The position numbers and the translations under genes were made by a program. Under the pieces are notes generated by a model, which had not been told where the DNA came from, searched no databases, and worked only from the letters and a program-made list of their open reading frames with translations. From a virus (taxonomy: Duplodnaviria > Caudoviricetes), in IMG/VR virus record IMGVR_UViG_3300006893_000015, positions 1 through 37,815 of that record: a DNA stretch of 37,815 nucleotides; one strand, given 5' to 3'. How positions within the stretch are numbered: the first letter of the stretch is position 1; every line of letters begins with the position of its first letter. Shown one piece after another: positions 9,637 to 18,471 of this stretch.

Positions 9637-10674
9637 ATGTCCTTTCTCGATATCTTCAACACCGACCCGTTTAGAGTCGTCCCGCTGACTGACGCAATCC
9701 AATCGCTGAAATATGTGCCTGGCCGGATCGGTGAGCTCGGTCTTTTCCAAGAGACCGGAATCCCGACGACGACGGCCGCAATCGAAGAGCGCGGCGGCAT
9801 CCTCGTCTTCGTGCCGCCAAGCCCGCGTGGCGGCCCTGGCATGACGGTCGACAAGCTCAAGAGAACTTTGCGCGTCGTGTCGGTCCCTCATTTCCAAATC
9901 GACGATACCATGATGGCGGAAGAAGTTCAGGGCGTCCGCGCATGGGGCAATGAAACCGCGGTCGAAATGCTGATGGAAAAGGTCGCCGAGCGCGGCCAGA
10001 TCTTCACGCAGTCATTCGAGGCGACCCACGAACTCGCGCGCCTTGGCGCGATCAAGGGTCTCATCACCTACGCCGACGGGACGACGCTCGACCTTCGGAC
10101 GCTGTTCAATGTCTCGGCGTACCCGACGCAGTTTCTTAATCTGCTACCTGGCACCCCGACAGCGTCCGGGACATTGCGGCGCACTGTGCAAGGCATCTGG
10201 CGTCTGCTCGCCGACGAGCTGGCCGGCCTTCCATTCACCGGCATCCGGGCTTTCTGCGGAAATCAGTTCTTCGACGATTTGATTCAAGCCCCGGATATCC
10301 GCACGACCTACCTGAACTGGCAGGCCGCCGCGGAACTGCGTGGTCAATACGGGTCGCAGAACCAGAAGGTCTATGGTTCGTATGAGTTCGGCGGCATCGC
10401 GTGGGAGAACTACCGCGGCTTTGGGCCGGACGGCTCCCCGCTGGTTCCGACCGACCTTTGCTACATCATCCCCGAAGGCGTGCCGGGCCTGTTTAGGACT
10501 TGGTACGCGCCGGCCGATTACATCGAGACCGTGAACACGAACGGCCAGCGCATGTACGTCAAGCAGTACCCGATGCCGAATGACAAGGGCATCAACATGG
10601 AGTTCCAGACGAACGCTCTCCATGCGTGCACTCGTCCGCGCTTGCTTCTGACCGGCTCGCGCCTCGCTTCGTAA
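9637..10674 (+). CDS. Major capsid protein, lambda gpE-like
   Basis: 345 aa; LTDAI..YVPGRIGELGLF, YAPADYIETVNT, CTRPRLL; AGGAG RBS. Confidence 0.95.
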   Translation: MSFLDIFNTDPFRVVPLTDAIQSLKYVPGRIGELGLFQETGIPTTTAAIEERGGILVFVPPSPRGGPGMTVDKLKRTLRVVSVPHFQIDDTMMAEEVQGVRAWGNETAVEMLMEKVAERGQIFTQSFEATHELARLGAIKGLITYADGTTLDLRTLFNVSAYPTQFLNLLPGTPTASGTLRRTVQGIWRLLADELAGLPFTGIRAFCGNQFFDDLIQAPDIRTTYLNWQAAAELRGQYGSQNQKVYGSYEFGGIAWENYRGFGPDGSPLVPTDLCYIIPEGVPGLFRTWYAPADYIETVNTNGQRMYVKQYPMPNDKGINMEFQTNALHACTRPRLLLTGSRLAS

Positions 10675-10705
10675 TTCAACCAATTCTAAACCAATTCCAC
10701 CAGCG

Positions 10706-10730
10706 GCCGCCATTGGCGGCTTTTTTGTTG
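10706..10730 (+). terminator. Intrinsic terminator after capsid gene
   Basis: GCCGCC-ATT-GGCGGC then TTTTTTGTTG. Confidence 0.75.
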
Positions 10731-10746
10731 CCATGGAGGCCGAGTC

Positions 10747-11367
10747 TTGAGCAAAAAAGATCGGCCAGAGTGGTACGCGGCGCACCCGAATTATCATCGG
10801 GAATACTACCTTGCGCATCGCGACGAAACGCTTGCCGCGGCGCGCGCGAAGGCCGCCGAGAACTATTCGCCGAAGCACCTTTCGATGCTCGCACGCAAAG
10901 AAGCGATCGCGCGCGGCGATCGGCACTATCAAGGGGAGCCATGTACGAAAGGTCATGGCGGCAAGCGCTTCGTAAGTACACGGCAATGCGTCGAGTGCAT
11001 GGCCGTGCGCATGAAGGCCAGGAATGCTGATCGTGTGAAGGCGAATGCGACCGTCATGGATTGGCGACGGCGAAACCCTCAAGCGAACACAAATCAGCAA
11101 GCAAAAAGGCGCGGCGCCGACGGCCGTCACGACAAAGCCGACCTAATCAGAATTCGCGAACTTCAAAACGATTACTGCGGCCAATGCCGCCGCGATCTCA
11201 AAGGCCGCGGCCAGTTAGACCACATTATGCCAATTGTATTAGGTGGTTTGAATTGGCCTTCTAACCTTCAATGGCTATGTGCGCCATGCAATAGAGCGAA
11301 GCACGACTCAGACCCGCGAGAATACGCGAGGGAAACAGGCATCATGCCTCTGGCATGGACAATATAG
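10747..11367 (+). CDS. HNH endonuclease with extra Cys/His zinc motif
   Basis: PCTKGH...RQCVEC motif; CGQC...LDHIMPIVLGGLNWPSNLQWLCAPCN; GGAGG RBS before TTG. Confidence 0.9.
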   Translation: MSKKDRPEWYAAHPNYHREYYLAHRDETLAAARAKAAENYSPKHLSMLARKEAIARGDRHYQGEPCTKGHGGKRFVSTRQCVECMAVRMKARNADRVKANATVMDWRRRNPQANTNQQAKRRGADGRHDKADLIRIRELQNDYCGQCRRDLKGRGQLDHIMPIVLGGLNWPSNLQWLCAPCNRAKHDSDPREYARETGIMPLAWTI

Positions 11368-11371
11368 GAGC

Positions 11372-11821
11372 ATGACAATGTTTAACTGGTTCGACATTCT
11401 ATCTGACTTTGCTTCGTTTGTACTTAAGGGCGTAAGTCTAAAAGCCGTGAATTACGCCACAGCCCTAAAAACTGACCGCATGGTCAGTGTTATTACGCGC
11501 CTGGACGCGCAATCCGGCGTCGCGAAGGTCGAAATCACAACAGCGGCTTATGCCAGCGTGCTCTCGACCATCTCGCTGGCGAAGCCGTCATTCACCGAGT
11601 CGTCCGGCGTGCTCACCATGGATGGCGCGCCGAAGTCCGACTCCTCGGCAGCCAATACCGGCACCGCGGCTCTCGCGCGCCTTAAGGACAGCGCGGGCAC
11701 CGTCTGGATTCAGGGCCTTACCTGCGGCGTCGGGTCCGGCGATCTGCAACTCAATTCGCTTTCGATCACGGCCGGCCAGACCGTCTCGATCGTGAGCGCG
11801 ACGATCACGCACTCGGCGTAG
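11372..11821 (+). CDS. Small beta-rich putative virion protein
   Basis: AGGAG RBS; Ser/Thr/Ala-rich alternating pattern (SDSSAANTGTAALARL...SITAGQTVSIVSATITH); codon style like core structural genes. Confidence 0.7.
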   Translation: MTMFNWFDILSDFASFVLKGVSLKAVNYATALKTDRMVSVITRLDAQSGVAKVEITTAAYASVLSTISLAKPSFTESSGVLTMDGAPKSDSSAANTGTAALARLKDSAGTVWIQGLTCGVGSGDLQLNSLSITAGQTVSIVSATITHSA

Positions 11822-11882
11822 CCTGCGGCGTTCTAAGAACGTTCCAGGTTATGCACCTCACAATACCAAGGAGAATAGAACG

Positions 11883-12158
11883 ATGAAAAAGTACATTTCG
11901 ATCATTCCCTTTGCCGGTTTGATGTTTCTGGCTATCCCGGCTCTTGCGCAAGTCCCGCCACCCGGCCCGGCATGGTTCCAGGGCAGCAATTCCGGCGCCG
12001 AGCTTGGCACGTTCCCCGCGTGCACACCTGAACTAGCTGGCCACAAGGGCTACGTCGGCCCGCATATCAACCCGGCGGCCCAGTCGCCGGTTCGGATTTA
12101 CGAATCGGTCGTATGCATGCAGATCGCCGGGGCCTGGGGCTGGGTGCGCGCGCATTGA
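11883..12158 (+). CDS. Small secreted protein
   Basis: AAGGAG RBS; signal peptide ending ALA-Q; two Cys. Confidence 0.7.
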   Translation: MKKYISIIPFAGLMFLAIPALAQVPPPGPAWFQGSNSGAELGTFPACTPELAGHKGYVGPHINPAAQSPVRIYESVVCMQIAGAWGWVRAH

Positions 12159-12160
12159 GC

Positions 12161-12322
12161 ATGTCACATGAAGTCGCGAATGCGTTGGGGCCGGTTTCCA
12201 ATTTCAACGCGGGGTTTCTTGCCGGCGTTGTATGGGGCTCCGTCTGCGTCGCCATAGCGTTCGGCGACATCTCCAGCATTGCAGCGCGTCTTCGCAAGTT
12301 GCTATTCGGGAAGAACCGATGA
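12161..12322 (+). CDS. Small membrane protein
   Basis: One hydrophobic helix (FLAGVVWGSVCVAIAFG) and basic tail; tightly packed with neighbours. Confidence 0.5.
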   Translation: MSHEVANALGPVSNFNAGFLAGVVWGSVCVAIAFGDISSIAARLRKLLFGKNR

Positions 12323-12579
12323 TGGATCATGACCTGAAATACGCGGTTATTGTGCTTGCCGCGTTCTCGGTCATGGTCGTCGCGCTCGCTGTGGTTGGTT
12401 TCTTTGCGATCGTCCCTCTTCAAGCTGGCGTTTACAGGCTGACGGATCGCATTGACGCCGTCGAGAAACAAAGCAGCGACGAGCGTGCCAGAATCAAGAC
12501 GGAGCTTAATGCGCGGCTTGATGCGTTCAGGCAAAATATGGACGCGCGCCTCGCCGACATAAGGCACTATCGAAAATGA
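12319..12579 (+). CDS. Membrane-anchored coiled-coil protein
   Basis: N-terminal TM helix then heptad-like LTDRIDAVEK...LNARLDAFRQ; ATGA overlaps. Confidence 0.6.
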   Translation: MMDHDLKYAVIVLAAFSVMVVALAVVGFFAIVPLQAGVYRLTDRIDAVEKQSSDERARIKTELNARLDAFRQNMDARLADIRHYRK

Positions 12580-12836
12580 CCCGCGTTCTTTTGGTCGTTG
12601 CCGTGATCGCATTGACTTCGCCGCCGGCCAATGCTGGTTGCTTTCTGTTTTTTTGCTCGCCGGATCATGTTCGCCACTACCACGTTCGGCATCGGCATCA
12701 TCGCCACGCCAACCATCGTGCCGTCGTTGTGCATAGGACTATTGTAATCAACAAGACGATTCAGAAGACGATCAACGTCCATGAGAAGACGCCCGACCCA
12801 GGGAGGCCGCTCGAAAAAATCGAACCGATAAAATGA
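12576..12836 (+). CDS. Secreted His/Arg-rich small protein
   Basis: Signal peptide ending ANA-GC; HVRHYHVRHRHHRHANH tract. Confidence 0.6.
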   Translation: MTRVLLVVAVIALTSPPANAGCFLFFCSPDHVRHYHVRHRHHRHANHRAVVVHRTIVINKTIQKTINVHEKTPDPGRPLEKIEPIK

Positions 12837-12845
12837 GCACAGGCG

Positions 12846-13319
12846 ATGGCGATTGAGAGCGAAGCCGATCTTATAATTCTCGGGTTTATCGGTTTGATCG
12901 GAAACACGATTGCCGTTGTAATAGGCGCGGCGCTCTCGGCGCGGAACGCGCGGCGCGCGCAAGAGGACGCGGTTAAGGCGCAAGTCTCTACGTCGAAGGC
13001 TGCTGAAGCGCTTGAAACCGCAAAGCGTGCGGTGACTGATAGCAACCGTCGCCTAATTGCGGAAGCGCGGCAAACGAATCGTAATATCGACGACGTGGTA
13101 GCCGTTGGGCGGGACACGAATGAGATTGCGCACACCACGCATCGGCTTATCAACGGCCAGCGCACTAAGCTCCTCTATACAATTATGATACTTTCCGAGC
13201 ACGCCGCGCAGGGCAACCCCACCGATAGTGACGCACTAGCCGCTGCCGTCGCCGCTCGTAAAGAATATGAGGAGGCCGCGGTAGTCAATAAGGACAATGA
13301 TGCCGACCTATGTTCCTAG
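12846..13319 (+). CDS. Single-TM protein with helical tail (holin-like candidate)
   Basis: N-terminal TM helix followed by charged coiled coil; function inferred only. Confidence 0.55.
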   Translation: MAIESEADLIILGFIGLIGNTIAVVIGAALSARNARRAQEDAVKAQVSTSKAAEALETAKRAVTDSNRRLIAEARQTNRNIDDVVAVGRDTNEIAHTTHRLINGQRTKLLYTIMILSEHAAQGNPTDSDALAAAVAARKEYEEAAVVNKDNDADLCS

Positions 13320-13494
13320 CCCTGGCTACTGGCTTGCCGTTCGGATCGCGATCGCGATCATTTGCTTTTTCGTTGTTGCGGATATCTTTCTTTTCGCTTT
13401 GAGCATGCGGCCGCCGGCCTATCCTGAGCGGCAGTGGAGCGGTCGTCCGATAGCCTACCCGCCAAGGGGGCCTCATTGGGAGCGAGTACGTTGA
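13297..13494 (+). CDS. Small membrane protein
   Basis: AAGGA RBS; TM helix IAIAIICFFVVADIFLFAL. Confidence 0.55.
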   Translation: MMPTYVPSPGYWLAVRIAIAIICFFVVADIFLFALSMRPPAYPERQWSGRPIAYPPRGPHWERVR

Positions 13495-13670
13495 TCGGAA
13501 TTCTTGCGCTTCTTACGGCGGGCGGACTTTTCCTCGTATGCTGGGTGGTCGTCTTGTCACTTAGGCTCAAGCGCGCGCAAGCACGTCTTGTTGACGCCGC
13601 GAATTACATCAAGTGGTGGAGGGGTGAGCTGAGCCGCGCGACGATAGGCCCAGAGGCCGAAGAGGAATAG
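13491..13670 (+). CDS. Small membrane protein
   Basis: TTGA overlap start; TM helix then basic residues. Confidence 0.5.
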   Translation: MIGILALLTAGGLFLVCWVVVLSLRLKRAQARLVDAANYIKWWRGELSRATIGPEAEEE

Positions 13671-13673
13671 CAC

Positions 13674-14216
13674 ATGTCGCGCCAGTATTTTTCCGACCTT
13701 ATAATAGAGCCGCAGCTCGTTGCGAACACTCTCGTCACGCTTCCCGTCACCACCGACACGATCATTTTCCAGGCCGGGCAGATAACTATTCCGGCTCTTG
13801 ATGTGCGCCCTGGCAAGGTATGGAAGCTTACGGCCGGGGGCGTGCTGACGACTAACGCGGCGGGGTCTTGCACCATAACGCCGCGTTTCGGAACGCTGAT
13901 CGGGAGCCCGTCATTGGGCGCGTCCGGGGCCCAACAGACGCCGACTTTCCTATCCGCGGTGCCCTGGTTGCTTGAGTTTTGGTGCATGTGCCGCACCGTC
14001 GGGCTTCCTGGGGTTACGGCGACCATTATCGGATTTGGCAAATTCTCGGCGACGGGGATAGTTGGAACGGCAGGAGCCGCGTGGCATCAAACATTTGGCG
14101 GCACCCAGGCGAGCGTTGATCCTGTTGCAAACGTATGCGGCCTTCAAATGAGCTTCAATTTTTCGATAGCCGGGTCGATAACGCCGCATATGGTTTTATT
14201 GCAGTCACTCAACTAG
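13674..14216 (+). CDS. Beta-rich putative virion protein
   Basis: GAGG RBS; 180 aa Thr/Gly-rich, alternating hydrophobic pattern; precedes the repeat protein. Confidence 0.65.
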   Translation: MSRQYFSDLIIEPQLVANTLVTLPVTTDTIIFQAGQITIPALDVRPGKVWKLTAGGVLTTNAAGSCTITPRFGTLIGSPSLGASGAQQTPTFLSAVPWLLEFWCMCRTVGLPGVTATIIGFGKFSATGIVGTAGAAWHQTFGGTQASVDPVANVCGLQMSFNFSIAGSITPHMVLLQSLN

Positions 14217-14230
14217 AGGACGTTTAGCCC

Positions 14231-17206
14231 ATGCCCTTCGCGCCAGGGCCGAGGGCTCTCTGTCCATTTACATTTCTCACCAACCCGCCGCCGTCCCCAT
14301 CATCGCCGATTTCCGGCCCCCTCTCCGCCGCCGAGAATGCCGACAGCACAGCGTTTTCCGGCTCCGTTGCGTGGAACGCAACGCTCGCTTCCGTCGAGGA
14401 TGCTGATGCGGCGGCGTTTGCTGGTCTTTATGGCCCGCTAAAACTCTATGAAGATGCGGCGGCCTCCTATCATTATGCCGGATACACATTCTCATCGATC
14501 GCATCCGCGGCGGCGGTCGTTCTCAGTGTTGCGATAAAGGCAGGCGAGCGGAACTACGTTTATATTCAAGGGTACGATGGCGTAAGTTACCCTGGTTGCG
14601 GGTTCGACCTTGCCGCCGGGACTGCTAATACACCGAATAGCTGCACACCTTCTATAACCAGCCTTGGAGGCGGCTGGTATACGCTGTCTATTTCATTTAC
14701 GATGGCGGCGACATCGGCGATGTACGGGTATGTTTTCCTAGAAAACGTTCCCGTTTCCATCGGTTCACAATATTTAGGCACGCCAGGATACGGCGTTTAC
14801 GTCGATAAGCTTTATTACACTATCAATGCAGGGCCATCGCTTGATTTCCCCGTATCCGGCCTTGGCGATGCCGTCCTTCGCAATTTTGCCGACGGCGACG
14901 AGGTTTTCACCTCGACAGAAGAGGCCGACAGCGCCGCAATTACCGGGTCAGTTTCGTGGCTGGCCACGCTCGCCTCGACAGAGGCGGCGGATAACCCCAC
15001 CGCCGCAGGATCAGTTGCGTGGCAGACGACCCTTGCCGCGGGCGAAGATTTTGACGCCGCTGCGTGGTCAGGCCTTCTATCGGCTTTCGGCCCCTTGGCT
15101 GCCATCGAAGGGGCGGACGTTCCAGCGCTCGCTGGCTCCGTAGCGTGGGCGGTAACACTCGCTGTTGGCGAGGTAGCGGACGCTGCGGCTCTTTCGGGGT
15201 CCGTTGCATGGAACGCCACGTTCGCCGCGACGGATGGCGCAGATACCGCGGCGCTCGGCGGCTCCGTTGCATGGACCGCGACAATTGCGTCAACCGAGGC
15301 GGCCGACACCGCTTCGCTCGTTGCGTTAGTCTCCGCCTTCGGCCCTCTAGCCGCCGTTGAAGACGCCGATACTGCAGCGCTCGCCGGCGCCGTTGCATGG
15401 GATGCCACACTCGCCGCGGCTGAGATTGCGGACACCGCGGCGCTCGGCGGGTCTGGCTCTGCTTTCGGCCCTCTCGTTGCGACTGAGGACGCTGACGCGG
15501 CGGCACTCACCGGCACCATTGCATGGGCCGGCACATTCGCTTCAACGGAGGCTTCGGACGCTGTAGCGATCGCCGGCTCGGTCGCATGGGCGGCAACGCT
15601 CGCGGTGATAGAGGGCGCTGACGTCGCGTCGTTCGTTGGTTCACTATCAGTCTTTGGTCCACTCGCTTCCGTCGAGAGCGCAGACACTGCGGACTCGTCA
15701 GGTTCGGTCGCGTGGACTGGCGTTCTTGCCGCAACCGAGGATTTCGACGCCGCGGCGTTCGTTGGGTCCTTATCGGCCTTCGGCCCGCTTGTTGCAATCG
15801 ATGGATCTGATGCCGGCTCGCTCGCTGGCTCGATTTCCTGGGTCGCGATACTTGCTGCCGCCGAGGACGGAGACGCAGCATCCTGGGCCGGTTCTCTTTC
15901 GGCTTTCGGGCCCCTCGCCGCAACCGAGGGCTCGGACGTCGACGTGCTTGCCGGGTCCGTTTCGTGGCAGGCAACCCTCGCCGCGATTGATGGCGCGGAC
16001 AGCGCCATGTTCGTTGGCGCCGGCCAGATTGCCGGCACGCTTGCTACTACCGAGGACGCAGACTCTGCTTCGCTCGCCGGCTCGGTCGCATGGGCGGCAA
16101 CGCTCGCCGCGATCGAGTCCACCGATACTGCTTCCGAAGCAGGCGGTGAGGAATGGGATTTAAGGCTCGCCGCCGTTGATAGTCCCGACGCCGCGGCCCT
16201 TGCGGGGGCCGTGGGATGGGGTGTTTCCATCGCGGCTACGGAAGTGGCGGATGCCACGGCCGCGACGGGCAGCATCGCATGGCTGACGACCCTTGCCGCT
16301 ACTGAACTTGCTGACGACGCGGTCATTGCCGGGCTGCTTGGCGATTCAGCCGCGCTCGCCGCGACCGAGGACTCCGATCAGGCTGCTTTCTCGGGCGGGA
16401 TATTCGGGTCCGCATCGCTTGCCGCGACAGAAGGCCAGGACGCGGTTTTATTTGCTGTTGGCACCGGGCTTGTCGCCGCGCTTCTGGCGACGGAGGCCGG
16501 GGATAGCGCCGTCCTCACCGGGTCTGTTACCTCGCCCGCCACGCTGGTCGCGGTTGAGGACGGCGACAGCGCTGGCGTTCACGTCCTTGTTGCTTGGCTG
16601 GCAACCATCGTCGCCATTGAAGCCCCGGACACGGCGGCGGAGGCCGGCGGCGAAGAATGGGATATTAGACTTTCCGTCACCGAGCAGGCGGACATCGCGG
16701 CCCTCGCTGGAACAATTGTTGATAGGAGTAAGATTGCCGCCGTCGAGGTGGCCGATAATGCCGCTATTGCGGGGACCGTTATATCTCCGGCCGCGCTCGC
16801 CGCTGTTGATGGCGGCGATAGTTTCGTTCTTGCCGGCGCGGTCGAATGGCGCGCTTCCTTTGCCGCTATCGAAGCGGCGGACGGCGCGGCGCTGGCCGGC
16901 GTGGGGGCTTGGCGCGCGGCGCTTGCGGCCATTGAGGGCGGCGACCTTGCGGCTTTGGCTGTGGCTGTCGTCTGGGGCGCGGCTCTTGCCGCGACGGAAG
17001 ATAGCGACCAGGCTTCAATATCAGGAGTTGAGGTCTGGCGTGCGGCGTTCGCGGCGACAGAAGCGTATGACGACGCCGCGTTTTCCGGAGGCATTGGGTC
17101 TATCACAATTCTATTAGCCGACGAGAGCCAAGATTTATTCAAGGCGGCGGCCAAACGTATCGCGCCAATGTACACCCCATTCTGGGCTTACGAGGAACGG
17201 GCATGA
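14231..17206 (+). CDS. 991-aa repeat protein (putative head fibre/appendage) with a carbohydrate-binding-like jelly-roll insert
   Basis: About 38 copies of a 21-aa repeat; non-repeat domain at about 14438-14820 with KLYED..H, SVAIKAGER, FDLAAGT, GGGWY motifs. Confidence 0.8.
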   Translation: MPFAPGPRALCPFTFLTNPPPSPSSPISGPLSAAENADSTAFSGSVAWNATLASVEDADAAAFAGLYGPLKLYEDAAASYHYAGYTFSSIASAAAVVLSVAIKAGERNYVYIQGYDGVSYPGCGFDLAAGTANTPNSCTPSITSLGGGWYTLSISFTMAATSAMYGYVFLENVPVSIGSQYLGTPGYGVYVDKLYYTINAGPSLDFPVSGLGDAVLRNFADGDEVFTSTEEADSAAITGSVSWLATLASTEAADNPTAAGSVAWQTTLAAGEDFDAAAWSGLLSAFGPLAAIEGADVPALAGSVAWAVTLAVGEVADAAALSGSVAWNATFAATDGADTAALGGSVAWTATIASTEAADTASLVALVSAFGPLAAVEDADTAALAGAVAWDATLAAAEIADTAALGGSGSAFGPLVATEDADAAALTGTIAWAGTFASTEASDAVAIAGSVAWAATLAVIEGADVASFVGSLSVFGPLASVESADTADSSGSVAWTGVLAATEDFDAAAFVGSLSAFGPLVAIDGSDAGSLAGSISWVAILAAAEDGDAASWAGSLSAFGPLAATEGSDVDVLAGSVSWQATLAAIDGADSAMFVGAGQIAGTLATTEDADSASLAGSVAWAATLAAIESTDTASEAGGEEWDLRLAAVDSPDAAALAGAVGWGVSIAATEVADATAATGSIAWLTTLAATELADDAVIAGLLGDSAALAATEDSDQAAFSGGIFGSASLAATEGQDAVLFAVGTGLVAALLATEAGDSAVLTGSVTSPATLVAVEDGDSAGVHVLVAWLATIVAIEAPDTAAEAGGEEWDIRLSVTEQADIAALAGTIVDRSKIAAVEVADNAAIAGTVISPAALAAVDGGDSFVLAGAVEWRASFAAIEAADGAALAGVGAWRAALAAIEGGDLAALAVAVVWGAALAATEDSDQASISGVEVWRAAFAATEAYDDAAFSGGIGSITILLADESQDLFKAAAKRIAPMYTPFWAYEERA
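14906..17173 (+). repeat. 36 contiguous degenerate 63-bp (21-aa) coding repeats
   Basis: Counted by eye; consensus LAATExADxAAhxGSVAWxAT, variant ending SAFGP; no register break. Confidence 0.92.
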
Positions 17207-17367
17207 GCATCATGAGCGTCCTTATTGATTTTGGGGAAGACTTTCTGATCTTGGCGTATGAACACGTGAGGACCGTTACGCATTTGTTTCGGTGGTGGGT
17301 TTTTGTGCATTTCCCAATGCTTGCTCTTTCATCGATTGGCAAGATGGTTATCGCGGTGATCAGGTGA
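17203..17367 (+). CDS. 54-aa hydrophobic protein (absent from ORF track)
   Basis: MSIMSVLIDFGEDFLILAYEHV...MVIAVIR*; ATGA and GTGA overlaps exactly bridge the flanking genes. Confidence 0.55.
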   Translation: MSIMSVLIDFGEDFLILAYEHVRTVTHLFRWWVFVHFPMLALSSIGKMVIAVIR

Positions 17368-17819
17368 CCTCCTTTGATACGCTCGATGCTCATGTCGCGT
17401 CGATCGTTGGCGCCGAGTTCGGGTCGCTCGTGACTTGGCACCCGATGGTCGCAAAGTCGTCGAGCCGTTACACCGGCGGAAATGCGCAGCCGGACCCGGA
17501 CAGGTCGGCTGTCGCGGGGCTGATCGCTATTGTGGTTTGGAAGCCGTTGACCGAATCGGCTGGAGTGACGGACGGATTGCCGGGCGGCAACCGCGGCGGC
17601 ATCTCGTCATTTGACGTTTCGATCGACATTGCCGTTGAGGATCTTGATCCGCTGAACCAAGGAACCGTCAACCTGCCTAAACCAGGCGATATTTTCGAGT
17701 TGGCGGTTGGGGATGCGTATGATGAAAATCGGTGGGTCGAGGTAAAGCGCGTTGCCAACGACGGGAGCAAGCGGGTCATTATGTATGGTATGGCCGTGGG
17801 CGCTTCGGAGGCGTCATGA
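17364..17819 (+). CDS. Putative head-tail joining / closure protein
   Basis: GTG start coupled to upstream stop; PKPGDIFEL...WVEVKRVANDG pattern; neck position. Confidence 0.6.
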   Translation: MTSFDTLDAHVASIVGAEFGSLVTWHPMVAKSSSRYTGGNAQPDPDRSAVAGLIAIVVWKPLTESAGVTDGLPGGNRGGISSFDVSIDIAVEDLDPLNQGTVNLPKPGDIFELAVGDAYDENRWVEVKRVANDGSKRVIMYGMAVGASEAS

Positions 17820-18388
17820 AATGGACAGACGCCGAGATTTCAATCCTTCGGGGCATCTTTCCTAGCGCGTCATGGAAGCTTATCTTTACAGCGCTCCCTG
17901 ATCGCAATAGGTCGGTTATTAATCAAAAGGCGCGCGCGTGTGGTCTAGCGCGAGAGGTAAGCAAGAGAGCGCCATGGACCGGCGCGGAAATATCGGCTTT
18001 ATGGCGGCTCTATCCGGCCAGCGATGTTGCAGATGTGGAAGCCGCGCTCCCAGGGAGGGCCTTTGTTAATATTGCGAAGAAGGCAAGCGCTCTAGGCGTC
18101 AAGAGACAAACGCTCGGCACGAGAACGAACAAGCGGCACATTCATCCGCTCGTTCGCCAATTGCGAGCTGAGCGGGAGGCACACAAGATGTCCCGCAAAG
18201 CGCTTTCAAAGAAATCCGGTTACCACATAAATCAATTGCTCGGGTGGGAACTTGGGAAGACAAGCCCTGACTTGCGATATATATGCTAATGGGCGCAGGC
18301 GCTTGGTCTAGAATTTGTTCTGAGGAAAAAGTTGGTGTCAGAGGTTATTCCATGGCCGGATCGAAAGCGTCTTATGGCCGGTAAGTGA
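17816..18388 (+). pseudogene. Myb/SANT-like repeats plus XRE HTH regulator with in-frame TAA at 18287-18289
   Basis: Two WTxAEISxL repeats; HTH LRAEREAHKMSRKALSKKSGYHINQLLGWELGKTSPDLRYIC*WAQALGLEFVL continues past the stop. Confidence 0.75.
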
Positions 18389-18471
18389 TATAATATGCAA
18401 GAGGCCGCTTAGAGCTGAGCGCGCCGGTGGCTTCGCGAGCAACAAAGACCGGGCCGGCGAGGAATTCCTAA

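Noticed and set aside
10678-10697. AACCAATTC direct repeat after the capsid stop, resembling half of the palindrome
   Set aside because: Only CCAATT is shared; no dyad or promoter context
14815-17175. Long minus-strand ORFs (503 aa, 198 aa) and similar ones opposite portal, capsid, spike and tape measure
   Set aside because: Shadow frames of GC-rich, Ala-rich sense genes; no RBS or independent motifs
2970-18289. Stop-codon reassignment (TGA at 2972 aligns with Trp in a paralog; in-frame TAA at 18287)
   Set aside because: The two codons differ, the first gene also has a frameshift, and core genes end normally at TGA, TAA and TAG
18389-18394. Perfect TATAAT after the HTH pseudogene
   Set aside because: No plausible -35 at 16-18 nt and no operator motif
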